A stretch of DNA of 60,507 nucleotides, counting the filler, from a bacterium (lineage in GTDB: Bacteria; UBA9089; CG2-30-40-21; SBAY01): assembly GCA_040757115.1 (NCBI GenBank). It is 3 parts of 3 records of this genome, joined end to end, with 100 filler letters (N's around TTAATTAATTAA, not from the genome) between each part and the next. Parts side by side here need not be neighbours in the genome. Positions count along the whole stretch, not along the records: positions 20,462 to 40,820 come from JBFLYA010000054.1; 2 more parts are not named here. The stretch is one strand, 5' to 3'. Numbering within the stretch: the stretch's first letter is position 1; every line of letters starts with the position of its first letter. Positions 20,560 to 29,406 of this stretch are shown here, piece by piece. The position numbers and the translations under genes are program-made. A model generated the notes under the pieces. The model saw only the letters and a list, made by a program, of their open reading frames with translations, was not told where the DNA came from and searched no databases.

Positions 20560-21228
20560 TCAGGTGCACGATGTGCTGCTAGTTATCACATAGAGTTTAT
20601 CATCCCTAGAGCCTACATAGACTGTTCCATCAAATCCTATAGCCGGGGAAGAGACAATTTCATCTCCGGTAATAAATTCCCATTTTTCTGTTCCATCGGG
20701 CCTTATAGCGTAAAGTTTGTGATCTCTTGATCCTACATAAATTGTTCCGTCAGTTCCTATTACTGGAGAAGAGTTGATCCAATAACCCGTGGGAAACTCC
20801 CATTTCTTTGTCCCGTCAGGGTTTATGGCATAGACTTTATGATCCCAAGATCCCATATAAATTGTTCCATCAGACCCTATAGCTGGAGAAGGATAGGCAA
20901 TATCTCCAGTAATAAACTCCCATTTTTTTATTCCATCGGGGTTTATAGCGTAGAATTTATGATCCTTGGATCCTACATAAATTGTTCCATCGGTTCCTAT
21001 AGCTGGAGAAGATTCAATAATACCTCCGGTAGTAAATTCCCATTTTTTGATAGGAGTTGTTGGTCCATTATAAGAACTTCTACCTGTATGTGTTGGGTCA
21101 TGGTGAAACATTGGCCAGGGGCTATCAGCTAATCCTTGTGCCTGCAACTCCTCTGGAGTTAATGATGACAAAATTCCAATCAAACTCAGCCCTAAAATCC
21201 CCAAAACGATTAAATTCTTTTTAAACAT
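20560..21228 (-). CDS. secreted PQQ-like beta-propeller repeat protein (possibly C-terminally truncated)
   Basis: Signal peptide; WPMFHHD...TG; repeats SSPAIGxDGTIYVGSxDxKxYAIxPDGTxKWEF. Confidence 0.8.
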   Translation of the reverse strand: MFKKNLIVLGILGLSLIGILSSLTPEELQAQGLADSPWPMFHHDPTHTGRSSYNGPTTPIKKWEFTTGGIIESSPAIGTDGTIYVGSKDHKFYAINPDGIKKWEFITGDIAYPSPAIGSDGTIYMGSWDHKVYAINPDGTKKWEFPTGYWINSSPVIGTDGTIYVGSRDHKLYAIRPDGTEKWEFITGDEIVSSPAIGFDGTVYVGSRDDKLYVITSSTSCT

Positions 21229-21391
21229 TTTTTCATCAACTCCTTTTTAATTTTTTTGTAAGCGGATTAAACGGATTGATCGGATATGTTTTTTTATCTT
21301 TTTATTTATCCGTTTTATCCGCTAAATCCGATTACTAATTTTTTTTCCCTCCATAAATCTGTCTCAGAAATGTTTTAGAAATGTTTCTGAC

Positions 21392-21420
21392 TTGACAAAC
21401 ATCTCTTTTTATGATAATAT
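21392..21420 (+). promoter_or_regulatory. sigma70 promoter of the tRNA-like gene
   Basis: TTGACA-17-TAATAT with extended TG. Confidence 0.65.
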
Positions 21421-21429
21421 TTAACATGT

Positions 21430-21503
21430 GCCCTGCTATCTCAAACGGAGAGAGAGCTCGACTGCTAATCGGGAGGTTCCGGGTTCGATCCCCGGGCAGG
21501 GCA
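21430..21503 (+). tRNA. tRNA with anticodon GCT, short variable loop, Arg-like body
   Basis: Acceptor GCCCTGC/GCAGGGC; D stem TCTC/GAGA with GG; anticodon arm CTCGA-CTGCTAA-TCGGG; variable loop AGGTT; T arm CCGGG-TTCGATC-CCCGG; A73; no encoded CCA. Confidence 0.8.
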
Positions 21504-21594
21504 CAACAGAGGAACGGAACCTGAAGCAGTCATTCCTCTTAAAAAAATTATAAAAAATACTTGACAAATTGAAATAATTATGTTATATTTAGAA

Positions 21595-21668
21595 TAGCAG
21601 TCGGGTTCAACTATCTCCAGTTGAGATAGTAGTAGAAAAGCAGGAAGAAAATTTCTTTCTGCTTTTTG
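21595..21668 (+). ncRNA. candidate ~75-nt small RNA
   Basis: TTGACA-17-(TG)TATATT at 21561-89; hairpin ACTATCTC/GAGATAGT; terminator-like stem AAAAGCAGGAAGAAA/TTTCTTTCTGCTTTT. Confidence 0.45.
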
Positions 21669-21690
21669 CTTTTTATAACCAATCAAGCCA

Positions 21691-21851
21691 ATCAAGATTC
21701 ACCCTAAAAATCCCCAAAATAATCAAATTCTTTTTACTCATTTTTTCATCAACTCCTTTTTAATTTTTTTGTAAGCGGATTAAACGGATTGCTCGGATAT
21801 GTTTTTTATCTTTTTATTTATCCGTTTTATCCGCTAAATCCGATTACTAAT
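21691..21851 (-). repeat. duplicate of the 5' end and upstream region of the propeller gene (21178-21339)
   Basis: MSKKNLIILGI vs MFKKNLIVLGI, with the same upstream GTAAGCGGATT...ATCCGATTAC element. Confidence 0.75.
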
Positions 21852-21945
21852 AAGAAAAGAAAAACATCCGCTTGCTTTAAAAAACTGCACCCCACATTCT
21901 GCCTCCCACATCCTTTTTTTATCTGCCATCTGGCAATCTGATTTT

Positions 21946-22239
21946 GTAACCGTTCACCGCAGAGAACAGAGACGCAGAGAAAAACACACCCCTAACCCCT
22001 CTCAAGAGGGGAAAATCTATGGACGAGACGCTTAACATTCCTGATTTTCATCAGGGCAAGCTCTTAAGTACAACAACATTAAAATTGATTAACAAATCTG
22101 GCTTGCCTGCTGAACATTCGGTAAGCAGGTCCTATGTATTTCCATGTCTGCATCAATAATCTTTTATGTTATCTGATTTATTTCTATATTTTCTCTGTTC
22201 CTCTGCGTCTCTGCGGTAAATTACCACCTGAACGGTTAC
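21946..22239. mobile_element. IS66-end-like MITE (family C) carrying an internally deleted GxxExxY gene
   Basis: GTAACCGTTCA...TGAACGGTTAC; 8-bp duplication CTGATTTT; minus strand IEINQIT*KIIDADMEIHR ... DLLINFNVVVLK ... VKRLVH. Confidence 0.85.
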
Positions 22240-22349
22240 CTGATTTTTTCCCTTCCTATAGATCTGTCTCAGAAATGTTTCTGAGTTAAAATTTTAATTG
22301 ACAAAGAGTGATACTTATGGTATTATTATCTTCAGACGAGGTAATTATC

Positions 22350-22553
22350 ATGCAATCTGCTTTAAATCTATCTAAAGAAATTATCAATTTAAGCAAAAGA
22401 ACCAGGATAATAACTTTTGAGACAGTTAGGGATAATAATTTCGATCCGGTAGAGGATATGATTGGGAGTATTACCCTTAACCATCCTATTGATGTCGAGT
22501 CGCTATTAAAAGAAGGAAGTTTTTACGGTGTCAGCAAGGATTTTGAAATTTGA
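22350..22553 (+). CDS. putative antitoxin
   Basis: Short ORF with GAGG RBS overlapping a PIN-like ORF. Confidence 0.45.
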   Translation: MQSALNLSKEIINLSKRTRIITFETVRDNNFDPVEDMIGSITLNHPIDVESLLKEGSFYGVSKDFEI

Positions 22554-22794
22554 TGCTTCGCTCCCTAATGTTATCTTCTGGGATGCAAATTTTGTTATTA
22601 ACTCTTGCGTTACTGAGGCTAAATACTTCTCAGAATGCAGTAATCTTCTTCGGAAAATAGCAAAAAGAAAGATTACTTCAGTCATTTCTACTTTAATTCT
22701 GGAAGAATCCTGGTACGGTCTATTAAGAATCAAACTAATTAAAGAGTATCAGGACAAATGGCTCGACAAACTCAGAATGGTATTATTAGATTGA
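22528..22794 (+). pseudogene. truncated PIN-domain toxin
   Basis: IFWDANFVIN...ISTLILEE N-terminal PIN half only. Confidence 0.55.
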
Positions 22795-22827
22795 AAGAAA
22801 AAAATATTAATTTCAAGGAGAACAAAC

Positions 22828-23025
22828 ATGAAAGCAAAAGAGTCATTAACCGATTATTTAGATTATCTCCAAACTGACAATATTATAGAAGCCACTCAAC
22901 AAGCACGTAAAAAGAGCATGCATCTTTTACAAGACCAGGGTATTGCTGTTATGGCTCTTTTAATCTCTAACTTCATTACAGAAGCAATTGACCATCCTGA
23001 ATTATTATTAGAGAAGGCATCATGA
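22828..23025 (+). CDS. putative antitoxin
   Basis: 65 aa, AGGAG RBS, ATGA overlap with the PIN gene. Confidence 0.5.
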   Translation: MKAKESLTDYLDYLQTDNIIEATQQARKKSMHLLQDQGIAVMALLISNFITEAIDHPELLLEKAS

Positions 23026-23489
23026 AATGTGTTTATATTGATACCTCCGTAGTGAATATCAATCTGTTTGGTACAAAGAAAGAACCAGAGCGATATTCTA
23101 TAGTAATGAATTTCTTTAATCGACTTAATAGTCAAGAATTTGAAGGATTAATCTCCCTATATACCCTTCAGGAAATATATGCCTTTTGTGAAGATAACTT
23201 TCCATTAAACTATGTAAGAAAAGTAGTTAAATTGTCCTTTCAAGAATTACTAAAGAGTGAATTGCAAATAATTCCTTTATTAAAAAGATCCGAACGATTA
23301 GTTCACCAAAGAAAATTTCCGATCTCAGATTTATCTGACCAACCTCATGCAATTTTAGCCTATCTGAATGGGTGTGATGCTATTATTACTTATGATGACC
23401 ACTTTAGAGATATCGGATCTATCATTAAAGTTTTTACGCCAGAAGAATTCTTGGATATACTTGACAACAAACTTTTGCAGGAAATTTAA
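23022..23489 (+). CDS. PIN-domain (VapC-like) toxin
   Basis: VYIDTSV, ISLYTLQE, DQPHAILA, IITYDDHF. Confidence 0.8.
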   Translation: MKCVYIDTSVVNINLFGTKKEPERYSIVMNFFNRLNSQEFEGLISLYTLQEIYAFCEDNFPLNYVRKVVKLSFQELLKSELQIIPLLKRSERLVHQRKFPISDLSDQPHAILAYLNGCDAIITYDDHFRDIGSIIKVFTPEEFLDILDNKLLQEI

Positions 23490-23694
23490 TAAAGCTACAG
23501 ATTAACACAGAAAAACACAGAAAATAAAATAATTTATATCCTTTTTTGTCTCGCCAGGGCGCAAAGAGCACAAAGGTAATTTTTCCCTTATTTCCCTTTG
23601 CGTTCTTTGCGTGCTTGGTGTGAAACTTCCTTTCTCCTGAAAATAATGTCAGTGTCTATAGTCAGTAACAATAATCTATTGACTACTGACACTG

Positions 23695-26103
23695 TCACTG
23701 GTTTTCATCCTCTTTTGTACGCCACTGGCTCATGGCCGCTTTATCTAACCTCTCCTCATCCAAAGAAAGACCTTCTGACTTTTCTATTTCTAATTGACGC
23801 TCTATTTGCCTTTTTAACCTATCCTTAATGTTAGCGGTCAATGATGTCTCATCCCCTAATTGAATATCTATTTTAGTGTCTTCATCTTCAATAATTACCA
23901 TAAAAAGAGAACTTAATACAAGTCCCTCTGGATCCTTTTTATCAAGTTTAGTTTTAGAGAATTTCATTACCTTATCAGTCCATTCTTCAATTAATTCTTT
24001 AAAGAATGGCATATTAATCAACTTATCAAATAAAGAGGACTTATCATCAGATTCTCTTATCTCTCTAAGTAAAGTTATTAAAGTAGATTCTTCCGGTGTT
24101 TCCTCCTCATGCTTAAGTTCTTTTATCCTCTTCTCGACTTCTTCTTTCTTCTTCTCCAAATCTTCTAATTCTTTATTCAACCTATCTCTTTCTATTCCAA
24201 TAACTGTCCAATACTGCTCTTTCCATTCTTTACCATCAAGGTAAGAAATACTTTTCATATAAGATTTAATCTTAGCCAGTATCAGTTTAAAACAATCCTC
24301 ATAATCAGTTATTGTTCCCTTATTCATTTTACACAACAGCCAATATCCCTCAATATTCGCCGGGTCAAGTTCTATTGCCTTTTTAACCTTAGCCTCTGCT
24401 TGAGCAGGTAGGTTTTTATCTATATCCTCATTTGCCTTCTTTATTATTTGCTCTGCTTCCAAGATATTGCATTCATAATCATCTTTTTTAAGTTTAAATT
24501 GGTAATAACCCTTACCGAGTGTCCCTTTACGAGTAGATTCAATAATCCTTCTTTTAAAAGGTTCATTTAAATTAGTTACTTGTATTCTAAAAGCTCCTGC
24601 AGGGTCTTTGGGGCTCTCAATATTCCAATTATCAAAAATACCATATCCTGATGTCCAATGAAGAATCTGTTTTCTAATAAAATGTTGTAGTAATATAAAT
24701 CGAGGTTCATCTTTTTTGATTGATTTATCTCCTATACGAATTTCTTTAAGCCTAAAGTCTATTTTTATAGGCTCTATTGGAGTAGTCTTTAGTATTATCG
24801 CTTCAAGTTTACTCCTTAAATCTTCTATCACACTCAGTAATTTAGTCTTTTCAAAGGCATAACTTTGTAAACTTATAGCTAAATGACTAAATAGAATAAC
24901 CGAACCAGGTGCTACTTGCTCCAGCCAGAGTTGATGAATCCTGAATAAGTAAATAGAAATTGAAAGATAACTACATAAAAACACTAAAGAGAATAATCCT
25001 TGTTTTAATGCAGTTAATCTTGGTAGGAGTAATCCTATCATTAATCCTATCATTATCAAAAGTATACTATTTAATCCTTTGCTTAGACGAGTTAAGAATT
25101 GTTGATTAAGAATATTATCAATTGCGGTAGCAAATATCCCTACCCCCGGGTATTGAGCTGAAATAGGTGTAGTACATATATCTCCCTGACCAGTAGCAAT
25201 AGAGCCAATTAGCACAACCTTGTCTTTATAATCCTTAAGCGAAATTATAGGTTTTTCCCTTCCTTCAATCTGTTTAGCTGATTGTAAAACCTCTATAAAT
25301 GAATTAGTTTTTAAATCTGAGGTTGTAAAATTCAATAGCATCTGGCATTGTTTATCTATAGGGATTTTGATTCTATCCAGGATGATATATTTGCCTGGGA
25401 TTATTTCTATATCCTCCTGGGAAATATTTAAGTAATCGCAAGCCAGTAAAAGAGCTAAGTTTGGATATAATTTATCCTTATATTTAATAACTAATGGAAT
25501 TTTTCTTATTACTCCATCAGTATCGTGGAATACATTGGTATGACCAATACCTTTTGCACCTTTAAGCAGGCAAGGAAGTGAAGAAGTAAAACTTACAGCA
25601 GTTTTGATATGGGAGGCGGGAAGGTTTTCACTATACATCCTGCCTCCAATACATGAACTTTCAAGCAATTGCTCAACTTCCTCATCTACATCTTCTGAAG
25701 TAGAAAAATGAAAGATATAGGAATGATAGACATTTTTAGCTAATGTAGTACAATCTGATAATAAGTCATCATATTTTGGATTTGGGCTTTTTTCTGAAAA
25801 TAGAATATCAAAACCAATTTGCTTAGGTCTATACTCATCTTTAGTTAATGTATGTATAAGAAGTGCTTGTAAGTCTCTTGGAAATGGGAATTGGTTTATC
25901 TGGCTAAATGTATAATCATCAATAAGTATAAGTTTTATTCGTGAGTCTAATGGTTTATTTAGTGAAAATAGTCGAAATCTATAGTCTAATGATTTTAATT
26001 CAAATGGCTCAAATATTCCACACCAGGATAGCAAAGTTATAATCAGACTGACCAATAATCCTAATATTACTCCTTGTTGGATATTGGTTTTATATACCTG
26101 CAT
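23695..26103 (-). CDS. CHASE2 membrane sensor with atypical wHTH/TPR-like cytoplasmic output
   Basis: ELKSLDYRF, FPFPR, IGFDILFSE, DTDGVIRKIPL, YPGVGIFATAIDNIL; three TM helices; C-terminus lacks cyclase or kinase motifs. Confidence 0.8.
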   Translation of the reverse strand: MQVYKTNIQQGVILGLLVSLIITLLSWCGIFEPFELKSLDYRFRLFSLNKPLDSRIKLILIDDYTFSQINQFPFPRDLQALLIHTLTKDEYRPKQIGFDILFSEKSPNPKYDDLLSDCTTLAKNVYHSYIFHFSTSEDVDEEVEQLLESSCIGGRMYSENLPASHIKTAVSFTSSLPCLLKGAKGIGHTNVFHDTDGVIRKIPLVIKYKDKLYPNLALLLACDYLNISQEDIEIIPGKYIILDRIKIPIDKQCQMLLNFTTSDLKTNSFIEVLQSAKQIEGREKPIISLKDYKDKVVLIGSIATGQGDICTTPISAQYPGVGIFATAIDNILNQQFLTRLSKGLNSILLIMIGLMIGLLLPRLTALKQGLFSLVFLCSYLSISIYLFRIHQLWLEQVAPGSVILFSHLAISLQSYAFEKTKLLSVIEDLRSKLEAIILKTTPIEPIKIDFRLKEIRIGDKSIKKDEPRFILLQHFIRKQILHWTSGYGIFDNWNIESPKDPAGAFRIQVTNLNEPFKRRIIESTRKGTLGKGYYQFKLKKDDYECNILEAEQIIKKANEDIDKNLPAQAEAKVKKAIELDPANIEGYWLLCKMNKGTITDYEDCFKLILAKIKSYMKSISYLDGKEWKEQYWTVIGIERDRLNKELEDLEKKKEEVEKRIKELKHEEETPEESTLITLLREIRESDDKSSLFDKLINMPFFKELIEEWTDKVMKFSKTKLDKKDPEGLVLSSLFMVIIEDEDTKIDIQLGDETSLTANIKDRLKRQIERQLEIEKSEGLSLDEERLDKAAMSQWRTKEDENQ

Positions 26104-26175
26104 AAGTCTAAACCTCCAAAATATATGGGATGCGGGAGGCGGGAAGCGGGGAAGTAATGTTGCCTTCTGCTTCCA

Positions 26176-26818
26176 CTATTCTTTGCTGATTTTATCTAAA
26201 TATCTAACTAACCCATTAAGTAAGCGTCCTACACTTTCTATAGCAGTTATTAACTGGAAGTTTACATAGGATAATACCCATAAATAAGGCATGAGAATAA
26301 TCGTTCCGTTAGGAACATAATATCGGTAGGAATAGATAGACAAATCAATCAGTTCCGTAGGAACGATATATTGGTAGAAAATTTATGGAAAGCCATTTAC
26401 CGATATATTGTCCCTACGGGACATTATTTGTGTGATATTTATTTCTACCGATATGTTGTCCCTATGGGACATTATTTGTATTTCTAAGTAAAGTTTTGAA
26501 TAATAACTGCTATATCATTTGTTTTATTTCATGGTACACTTCATTATTAACCATTTTCAACTTATAGCTAAGTATCCATAAACTTTCTACTTCATTTAAT
26601 GACCCCATAGCTATCTCGACAAAATATTTGTATTCTTTTTTAGATGACCTTCCAGAACCCTCTGCAATATTACTTGAGATAGATATAGTAGCTCGTCTTA
26701 TCTGGGATGTGAGCCCGTACATTTCTTCTTTTGGAAAATCCTTAGTTACTTTATAAATTTTAACTGCTAAATCAATCGCTAATTGCCATACTTCAAGAGT
26801 TTCATATACTTTTGCCAT
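26176..26818 (-). pseudogene. four-helix-bundle (23S IVS/Avd-like) protein interrupted by a MITE
   Basis: LEVWQ...[16 protein letters not shown]...SNIAEG; removing the MITE restores QMIESVGRLLNGLVRYL; flanked by inverted GGGAAGC heptamer arms. Confidence 0.85.
26241..26512. mobile_element. 272-bp TA-duplicating MITE (IS630-like) carrying REP hairpins
   Basis: TA|TAGCAGTTATT...AATAACTGCTA|TA; near-identical to 55187-55458; four GTYCC..AGGRAC-type hairpins. Confidence 0.85.
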
Positions 26819-26890
26819 TTAATATTTTCCTCCTTCCTGCTTCCCATCTCCCACTTCCCGTTTCCTGCTTCCCGTCTCCCGCTTCCCAAG

Positions 26891-29050
26891 TTATTCTTTC
26901 CAATAAAGAATTTTCCCAACAAGATTTTCTCCTTCTTCCAATATATTTCTCATGCGAGTTATCTGGGCAGAGGTAGGTTCGGGTATATGTAGTTTTACTT
27001 TTTCTTTTTCAACCTTTACTTTCTTTTTTGCCTTTTCTAACAACTCTTTAATTTCGGGTATCGAAAGTTTTAATAGAGGAATTTGTTCTGCCTTTTCAAT
27101 AGCTTCTTTATCCAGGCCAAGGGTCTGATATGCCGCTTCATAGTTAGGAAATAATCTTAATGCCTCAATAAACATCTCTAATGCTATATTTTTTTCTTTT
27201 AATAGCGTGTATAATACCCCTAAATTAAGGTATATTCCACCGTCAGTTGTATCTTTTTTTATGGCTTCTTCATAGTACTTACAGGCAAGTTTTAACTCTC
27301 CATTTAAGCAATAAATATTAGCCAGATTATTATAAGCAGGAGAATATTCTGTATCAATCTCATTGATTATTTTACTAAATTCGTTTATTGCCTCCTCATA
27401 CCTTCCGTCCTTAGCATAAAATATCCCTTTTTGATTATGCTCCATAGAAAGTCTACTTTTTTTTCGGTATTCTTTAAATTCATTAATGTACTGTTTAACT
27501 TTAATATTTATTTCTTCTTGTGCCGGAATTTTAGGTAGCCAGTTTTCTTGAGGGAGGGTTGGTGGATTAAGAGGAGGATAATTTTTCCAACATTTATGTG
27601 TCTCCAATACTTTCAATTTACCCTCATTATTCCATTCCTTATACTCTCTTATACCATACTGCCAGGCATCTATAAATGATTTTTGTAGATGAATGGGGTC
27701 TATTGGTAGCCAGACATGGTCTTGCAGGATAATATATGAGTCCTTATCAAAACTAATTAAATCGGCATTTTTAGAATGGATACCTGTATCAAATAGTATA
27801 AATATATGTTCTGGGACTAATACAAATGCTGTGTGAATACCGACACTTTCTAAGCAAGTGGCATACAAGATACTTAAATCATCACAATCGCCTTTAGTAA
27901 AGAATAAACTTTGACGGGCATATTGAATTATCTCAAACGGCTCATGCGAGTAGCCAATAGGGTATACAGATAATCCTACAAATATCTCCATTGCCTGTAA
28001 TAATCTTTCATTTAATTCTCTTGGTTTAAAAGCACTAATTATATGTCGGGTAAAGAATTTTATAAGTGGGTCATCTGGGGTTACAAATTTACTGATTTTC
28101 TCCCAATCAATAGCCTCTTCCTTTTTAGGAAATTGTACAGATAGGCTAAGTCGATGTGTACTACCAATATCATCATAAGGTAAGAAACAATAGTCAAATA
28201 GCGTATGATTTCTTTTTAGCCCTAATCCAAAAGAGTATTTACCTAAATCTTTACTATGAGAATTTAGGCTTTGAGAGTATCCTCCTTGCAATGTTAAGTT
28301 ATCTAAAAGTCTATACTCTATACCAAGATGTAGTTTAGAATTAGACTCCTTCAGAAATTTATCTATATCAACTGCAAAAATTAAGTCATCTCTTAATTTA
28401 TAAGTAATACCTGTTTTGATGTTTAAAGGGAGTGGATAGCTTTGCTTGATAAATTTTACCTTCTTGCCAATGTTTTGTAAGTTTACACCAATATTTAAAT
28501 CTCCTCTTTTATACAATCCACCTAAGTCAGCAGCAAAGGTAGTAGCCTTTTCATCCTCAAGTTTTTCTTGAATAAATTTACCAGTAATACCGATAGAAAG
28601 GTCATGGGTTAGCCCTCTGGCATATCCTAAACTAATGTTTAAATCCGAAGTATCAAAGCTACCAATAGGTGCATCAGTAGGTCCTGTTCTTTTTTCTATT
28701 TTATCTGAATTAAGATAGTTTATACTTGCTCCAATGGATTGATTTGATGATAAAGGTTGGGCATAACTAAGGAATTCTTGTGTAGTATGAAGGGAGAGTT
28801 GGTTATGAGAGAATAAAAGTTTCCTTTGCTTGATTTGATTTAGCCCGGCAGGATTCCAATAAATAGCAGTGGGGTCATCAGCTAGACCAACAAATGCACT
28901 ACCCATGCCTAAAGCCCGTGCTCCGATACCTATCTTCAAGAAAGAATAGGGGGTTTTACCTGCCTTAGCTTCTACTTCTTGTACACTGAGTAAGCCAAGA
29001 AGTATTAGAAATGTTATCTTAAATTTTAACACACTTTCCTTCCTACACAT
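26891..29050 (-). CDS. PorV/PorQ-like beta-barrel - transglutaminase-like - TPR protein
   Basis: GARALGMGSAF...AIYWNPAGL; GDCDDLSILYATCLESVGI...HIFILFD; TPRs. Confidence 0.8.
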   Translation of the reverse strand: MCRKESVLKFKITFLILLGLLSVQEVEAKAGKTPYSFLKIGIGARALGMGSAFVGLADDPTAIYWNPAGLNQIKQRKLLFSHNQLSLHTTQEFLSYAQPLSSNQSIGASINYLNSDKIEKRTGPTDAPIGSFDTSDLNISLGYARGLTHDLSIGITGKFIQEKLEDEKATTFAADLGGLYKRGDLNIGVNLQNIGKKVKFIKQSYPLPLNIKTGITYKLRDDLIFAVDIDKFLKESNSKLHLGIEYRLLDNLTLQGGYSQSLNSHSKDLGKYSFGLGLKRNHTLFDYCFLPYDDIGSTHRLSLSVQFPKKEEAIDWEKISKFVTPDDPLIKFFTRHIISAFKPRELNERLLQAMEIFVGLSVYPIGYSHEPFEIIQYARQSLFFTKGDCDDLSILYATCLESVGIHTAFVLVPEHIFILFDTGIHSKNADLISFDKDSYIILQDHVWLPIDPIHLQKSFIDAWQYGIREYKEWNNEGKLKVLETHKCWKNYPPLNPPTLPQENWLPKIPAQEEINIKVKQYINEFKEYRKKSRLSMEHNQKGIFYAKDGRYEEAINEFSKIINEIDTEYSPAYNNLANIYCLNGELKLACKYYEEAIKKDTTDGGIYLNLGVLYTLLKEKNIALEMFIEALRLFPNYEAAYQTLGLDKEAIEKAEQIPLLKLSIPEIKELLEKAKKKVKVEKEKVKLHIPEPTSAQITRMRNILEEGENLVGKILYWKE

Positions 29051-29105
29051 AAATAGAGTTCAGCGGCGGTGGGCTTGCCCACCGTCCACTGTAATAACTT
29101 GATAA
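29048..29105 (-). mobile_element. degenerate attC-like site
   Basis: Minus strand ATCAAGTTATTACAGTGGACGGTGGGCAAGCCCACCGCCGCTGAACTC resembles attC L-box arms; the core boxes are eroded. Confidence 0.35.
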
Positions 29106-29108
29106 TTC

Positions 29109-29400
29109 GTAACTATTTAGCCAAGTGAAGTGAAAGGTAAGGAGAGGTGGAGAAAGGAGAGAATTGGAGAAAAGTACAAAATCCCACATCCCAAATTATA
29201 AATCACAAACAAATTCCAAATTCAAAATCTATTTGTTTCCCCTGTAGATAATATCAACGGGGTTTAGAGTTTTGGTCATTGGATTTTAGAGTTTGTTTGA
29301 TTTTTGGTGCTTGTGATTTGGTACTTCTTTTTATTCTCTCCATTTCCCCATCTTCTCCCTTTCTCCTTACTTACACAACTTCAGATGTCTAAAGTGTTAC
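29109..29400. mobile_element. IS66-end-like MITE with GGAGA and heptamer arms
   Basis: GTAACTATTTAG...CTAAAGTGTTAC; 8-bp duplication GATAATTC. Confidence 0.8.
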
Positions 29401-29406
29401 GATAAT

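Noticed and set aside
21430-21503. Genome-wide AGY Ser-to-Arg recoding
   Set aside because: AGT encodes conserved Ser in the kinase motifs WVESE and GKGSNF (58429-58460)
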